Shown: piece after piece, positions 60,241-64,000 of the stretch
How the letters are laid out: every line of letters starts with the position of its first letter
How positions within the stretch are numbered: the stretch's first letter is position 1
Virus record (IMG/VR): IMGVR_UViG_3300047157_000152
Span: 3,725 to 67,724 of that record
Direction: 5' to 3' (one strand)
Origin: a virus
Length of the DNA stretch: 64,000 nt
The notes under the pieces: model-generated
Databases searched by the model: none
Told to the model about the DNA's origin: nothing
What the model saw: the letters and a program-made list of their open reading frames with translations, nothing else
Position numbers and translations under genes: made by a program

Positions 60241-61230
60241 TTACCAAACATCTTCAAAATCTTCGCCTTCATTTGCTTTACTATAGTCAGTCGGCCTAAT
60301 AGCGAAAAAATCAGTGTGAGTGTGACCCCCAGTAAGATGGTCGAACCAAGCCATTTTGTCAATTGACTTTTGGTCATATTCGAACTTAAATTTTCCTTCT
60401 GCTTTATAGCCCAATTCTTTAATTTTATCACCTGTACGTTTTTTAATAAAATGTTTAAGGTCATATTCTGTTATTCCTTCAATATCACCCATTTCAAATA
60501 ACTTACTTATGTAAGTCATTTCAGCATTATGCATAGTTAAAGCTGCATCATATATATGCTCTTTACATTCTTCTTTTAATCCTGGTATTTGAGAACACAT
60601 GTGTCTGAATAATTGACAACCCATTTTACTATGTAATGATTCATCTCTTACAGACCATTTCATTTGTTGGCCAATACCTTTTAATAGGTTTCTCATTTGA
60701 AAACTATACAATACAGCAAACGCTGAATATAAACTAACACCCTCTGCAAACGCAGAAAACGTAGCTAATGATTTACCTATACCTACAGGATCATTACCAT
60801 CGTAAGCAACTAAGTTATCAAACCTTTGAGCTGTTGCAGGTTCATGTAAAAAAGCTTCGTAGTCTTCAAGACCTAAAGTTTCATTTAAGTAGCTGTAAGC
60901 TACAGCATGTATAGTTTCTTGACTTCCGAACATCATAGACATTTGTTGTATTTCATGTTTAGGAAACCAACCAACAACTTTTTGTGTCCAGTAATCTGAC
61001 ACAGCACATTCTGTTTGAGCAAAGCCTAGTAATATATTTCCTACTAAGTTTTTCTCTTTATCGTTTAACTTTTCGTTCCAGTCTTTTAAATCACCTGACA
61101 TAGGTATTTCAGTATGTAACCAAAATGCTTGCGCTTGTTTTAACCAGCCTTCTGTATAATACTCAGGGTATTCAAAAGGTTTGTAAGGTATTCTTTCTGT
61201 AAATAGTGGTACGTTCATATTATTCTTCAT
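60241..61230 (-). CDS. nrdB: Ribonucleotide reductase class I beta subunit
   Basis: FW...E, ETIH..AY, EGV.LYS.F, RDESLH, DFF..R.T.Y. Confidence 0.95.
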   Translation of the reverse strand: MKNNMNVPLFTERIPYKPFEYPEYYTEGWLKQAQAFWLHTEIPMSGDLKDWNEKLNDKEKNLVGNILLGFAQTECAVSDYWTQKVVGWFPKHEIQQMSMMFGSQETIHAVAYSYLNETLGLEDYEAFLHEPATAQRFDNLVAYDGNDPVGIGKSLATFSAFAEGVSLYSAFAVLYSFQMRNLLKGIGQQMKWSVRDESLHSKMGCQLFRHMCSQIPGLKEECKEHIYDAALTMHNAEMTYISKLFEMGDIEGITEYDLKHFIKKRTGDKIKELGYKAEGKFKFEYDQKSIDKMAWFDHLTGGHTHTDFFAIRPTDYSKANEGEDFEDVW

Positions 61231-61372
61231 AGTATAGAGTTAAACATATATCAAATATTCCTAAATATAAGACGTGATCTACTTGAAAATCTCCGTCTTC
61301 ATAACTTCTCATTCCAAAGAGTAATCCTGGAAACATTCCAGCTGATAACTCCCATTGTTTTGATTTACCCAT
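61220..61372 (-). CDS. Small hypothetical protein (50 aa)
   Basis: Manual translation MGKSKQWELSAG... Confidence 0.55.
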   Translation of the reverse strand: MGKSKQWELSAGMFPGLLFGMRSYEDGDFQVDHVLYLGIFDICLTLYYEE

Positions 61373-61529
61373 AGCATTTTATATTATATTTATCGTGGAT
61401 CGCAATCAGATCCTTCCATTTTAGATAACCTCTTTTATTAACTGTCCATTTAATATAAGTATCGATCTTACGTTCCTTATATTTAGTTCTAGCTATATGT
61501 TTAGAGGCTAGTTTGTTTTTTCTTTGCAT
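61365..61529 (-). CDS. Small basic hypothetical protein (54 aa)
   Basis: Manual translation MQRKNKLASK... Confidence 0.5.
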   Translation of the reverse strand: MQRKNKLASKHIARTKYKERKIDTYIKWTVNKRGYLKWKDLIAIHDKYNIKCYG

Positions 61530-61989
61530 TTGTTCTAAGGTTTTTCCTCATAATCTCTATTTGTGCAACTGTTTCATCACAGTCTTTTTGATTCTGAGGT
61601 TTAAATAACGCAATACCAGGTGAATGTTGTGTGATCCATGCTTTAAATAATTTCCATCTAAGTGGAAATGATTCGTTAGCTCTACCTTTACATTCGATTA
61701 CAAAATCTCTACCTACAAAATCTGGTTTGTATTTTATAGGTAAAATTTTTTTACAACCTCTATCTTTATATTCACCTTTGCCATTAGCTTGTTTTTCAAA
61801 GCATACACCTTCTAAGTCAAAACCGTTAAGCAGAGTATAGCTTGTAGGCTCATACTCGGCTACGATTCTAGCTTCTTTCAAAGCTTTATACATGTATACT
61901 TCTAATCCAGATGCAAATTGAATGCCATCATACATGGCTTTCTTTGCTCTAACAGGACCGCGTTTTTTTCGTTTATAAGATTTCTTCAT
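61501..61989 (-). CDS. PD-(D/E)XK endonuclease, T7 endonuclease I / resolvase-like
   Basis: F.SGLE, YKPDF, VIECKG motifs. Confidence 0.8.
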   Translation of the reverse strand: MKKSYKRKKRGPVRAKKAMYDGIQFASGLEVYMYKALKEARIVAEYEPTSYTLLNGFDLEGVCFEKQANGKGEYKDRGCKKILPIKYKPDFVGRDFVIECKGRANESFPLRWKLFKAWITQHSPGIALFKPQNQKDCDETVAQIEIMRKNLRTNAKKKQTSL

Positions 61990-62302
61990 TGTTTACGTCT
62001 ATATTGTAAGAAGACTCAAAGTCATAATGCTCACCTGTGTTACCGTTTTGAGCTATTATATTTATTCTTTTTAACATTGACTCCTCTATTTCATCTTGTA
62101 AGCAACGTTTAGCTGCTTCAATATACAATAACGCATCCATCAACTCCTCTTGCACATCAATTAAGAAACGATTAAGATCTTTTTCTTGACCTTCAATCTC
62201 TTGCATCATTGTAGCTCCGTATTTTTTCTGGCCTATAAGGCTTCGTTCGTCCATCTTTTTTAAGACTTGTTGAACTATTTTATCTTTTGTTTTAATCTTC
62301 AT
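61973..62302 (-). CDS. Putative all-alpha NTP pyrophosphatase-like protein
   Basis: R...G..KYG...QEELMDA..Y. Confidence 0.5.
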   Translation of the reverse strand: MKIKTKDKIVQQVLKKMDERSLIGQKKYGATMMQEIEGQEKDLNRFLIDVQEELMDALLYIEAAKRCLQDEIEESMLKRINIIAQNGNTGEHYDFESSYNIDVNNEEIL

Positions 62303-63059
62303 CTTTTACAAATGTTCCGTTAATCATTTTACCTGTTCTCTTATTTATAACCTCATATGCTGATTGTATGCATGTTTCAATGTAAACACCTCTCTGATGA
62401 GCTAAGTTAGTTAATACTACAACCATATCACCTATAGCATCTATAACCTCTGGCTGATCATCTTTTAGTAAAGCCTTAGCTAACTCACCAGCCTCTTCTT
62501 GTAGTTTAACATATTGAACCATCGTATTACCTTTTTCATACAAACCTCTATCATGAGCCCAAGTTCTAATTCTATTGAACATCATTTGAGTTTTATCATA
62601 ATCTGGTATATCTATACTATTAGTTTTAAAATACTCTGCAAAAGCTTTATTATATATATAAGACCGATTGTCGTTATACATAGAAACCTTAGCGTTATCC
62701 ATTATCCATTGTATTGTTTGCATATCTATATAGAACTTTCCATGAGAAGTTTCCCACTTTAGATTCATATTATCCATAAGATGTCCTTTTAGTTTATTCA
62801 AAGGAACTGCAAATGTTGAAGTTTGTTCTGTTACGTTTATTTTCATTTTCTTAAAAAGGTTTTTATATTTCTTTAAATCGACCTTATAGCCGTAAGACTT
62901 TTGAAGTTCTATCTCTTTGTCCGATATATAATCTATATCGTCCGACTGATCAAGAACTTCATATTCACTAGGCTTATAGCCTTGTATTAACGTAACACGA
63001 GTATTAAGATCACGTGTTACACCTATCTTTTTACCTGGTATGTGGTATAAATAATACAT
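62292..63059 (-). CDS. MazG-like nucleotide pyrophosphohydrolase with N-terminal GIY-YIG-like segment
   Basis: KLQEEAGEL...DAIGD.VVVL...C...AY.VI..R.GKM.NG.FVK; N-terminal YYLY....KIGVT. Confidence 0.8.
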   Translation of the reverse strand: MYYLYHIPGKKIGVTRDLNTRVTLIQGYKPSEYEVLDQSDDIDYISDKEIELQKSYGYKVDLKKYKNLFKKMKINVTEQTSTFAVPLNKLKGHLMDNMNLKWETSHGKFYIDMQTIQWIMDNAKVSMYNDNRSYIYNKAFAEYFKTNSIDIPDYDKTQMMFNRIRTWAHDRGLYEKGNTMVQYVKLQEEAGELAKALLKDDQPEVIDAIGDMVVVLTNLAHQRGVYIETCIQSAYEVINKRTGKMINGTFVKDED

Positions 63060-63060
63060 A

Positions 63061-63711
63061 TTATTTTGTTATTTTATCGTTATACAAATGTAAGTTATGT
63101 GCGAAATGGTAGTATGTACCGATCTCATATCCTGTCCTCTCTGCAACTAATTCCTGTAGCTTTGAAAAACAATACTGATCATTACAGAAACCGTACCAGA
63201 GATCGTTAGATCGCATTACAACTGACATATTTAGTTTATTGTTTAACACGGTAAACTGAACTGCATAAGTACAAGGTGTATCTTTAGCATATGTGCTATG
63301 CTCTTTACCATCATATATACTTATTGCAGCATGTCTAGTGTTAGGATTATCTTTTAGTTTTGCAACTACATAATCTAGTTGATAGTTACGTTCCCATTGC
63401 CAACCGTAGTTAGATCTTACCTCATTGTTACTGTCAACCATTCGTTTCCATATTTCAGGTACTTTACCGTATATATCTCCTAGTTTATCTACATTAGGAT
63501 TACCTGATAAGTACCATTGCCATTCAGCCTCTGCATATTCATCATTCCAGTTTCTGTGTTCAGCTAGTATATGATTATACATAGGTTTTTCAATATAGAA
63601 ACCTATATTAAATAAAGCCATTGTATTATCAAACTTAACACCATCCCACATTATTTTAGGAAAAAAATAATTAAAAGCATCGCTTGCTGTTTCAAATTTT
63701 GTTTTTATCAT
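63061..63711 (-). CDS. ThyA-fold enzyme, dCMP hydroxymethylase/methylase-like
   Basis: E..WY, IW, SNYGW, D.PCT..VQF, MRSND..YGF.ND, NLHLY; Asp at the nucleotide-specificity position. Confidence 0.8.
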   Translation of the reverse strand: MIKTKFETASDAFNYFFPKIMWDGVKFDNTMALFNIGFYIEKPMYNHILAEHRNWNDEYAEAEWQWYLSGNPNVDKLGDIYGKVPEIWKRMVDSNNEVRSNYGWQWERNYQLDYVVAKLKDNPNTRHAAISIYDGKEHSTYAKDTPCTYAVQFTVLNNKLNMSVVMRSNDLWYGFCNDQYCFSKLQELVAERTGYEIGTYYHFAHNLHLYNDKITK

Positions 63712-63958
63712 AATAAAATTTATATAGTTCAAATATCTTTTCGTTAACCTGTTTACCATTATATTTAAATGGTGATCGTTTTTTAGCTCCATTAACCTCT
63801 ACATCAATCCACCAATAGTAATTATCTCTTTCACTACTATAAGCCCAAGGAGTTATTTTAATCCCATTGTTTATACACCATCTATAAGCTTCAAGATTTT
63901 CATCCGTCCATTCAGGTGCTATAATTGTAACTTTCTTCTTGCTCCATGCCGCGCTCAT
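63692..63958 (-). CDS. Hypothetical protein
   Basis: ORF track (start MSAA, TAATG overlap). Confidence 0.65.
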   Translation of the reverse strand: MSAAWSKKKVTIIAPEWTDENLEAYRWCINNGIKITPWAYSSERDNYYWWIDVEVNGAKKRSPFKYNGKQVNEKIFELYKFYYDKNKI

Positions 63959-64000
63959 TAATCCCAAGGCATTTGCTCATCATCAGCCATAGTTGCTAAT
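63958..64000 (-). CDS. C-terminal end of an upstream gene (…ADDEQMPWD*)
   Basis: Manual translation; truncated by window edge. Confidence 0.4.
   Translation of the reverse strand, partial: LATMADDEQMPWD

Overview
This window is most of the genome of an AT-rich lytic dsDNA tailed phage with a podovirus/crAss-like head-tail module. The host is most likely Bacteroidota/Flavobacteriia (inferred from A-rich leaders without Shine-Dalgarno sequences and from gene content). There are three blocks. (1) A leftward early block (1-7600) of small genes: DNA ligase, DenV-like glycosylase, 3D-domain protein, two tRNAs and several unusual tRNA-like or structured RNAs, punctuated by 7 copies of a candidate phage-specific promoter. 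(2) A rightward late block (8003-58203): tail fibres, GroEL/GroES, lysis genes, terminase, portal, scaffold, capsid, tail and ejection proteins. (3) A leftward nucleotide-metabolism block (58282-64000): NrdAB, resolvase-like nuclease, MazG-like proteins and a dCMP-hydroxymethylase-like ThyA-fold enzyme. The most notable observations are these: a GC-rich quasi-palindromic DNA motif conserved at synonymous positions at the module junctions of two tail-fibre genes (candidate cassette-shuffling sites); a 99-nt tmRNA-like RNA with no mRNA domain, a 41-nt tRNA minihelix and an unknown structured RNA; a sigma-region-2-like and a PD-(D/E)XK-like domain inside the 2176-aa putative ejection protein; a likely cytosine-modification pathway; and a pair of inverted GTGACA-N32/33-TGTCAC elements flanking the early block. 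All calls come from reading the sequence by eye; no searches were run.
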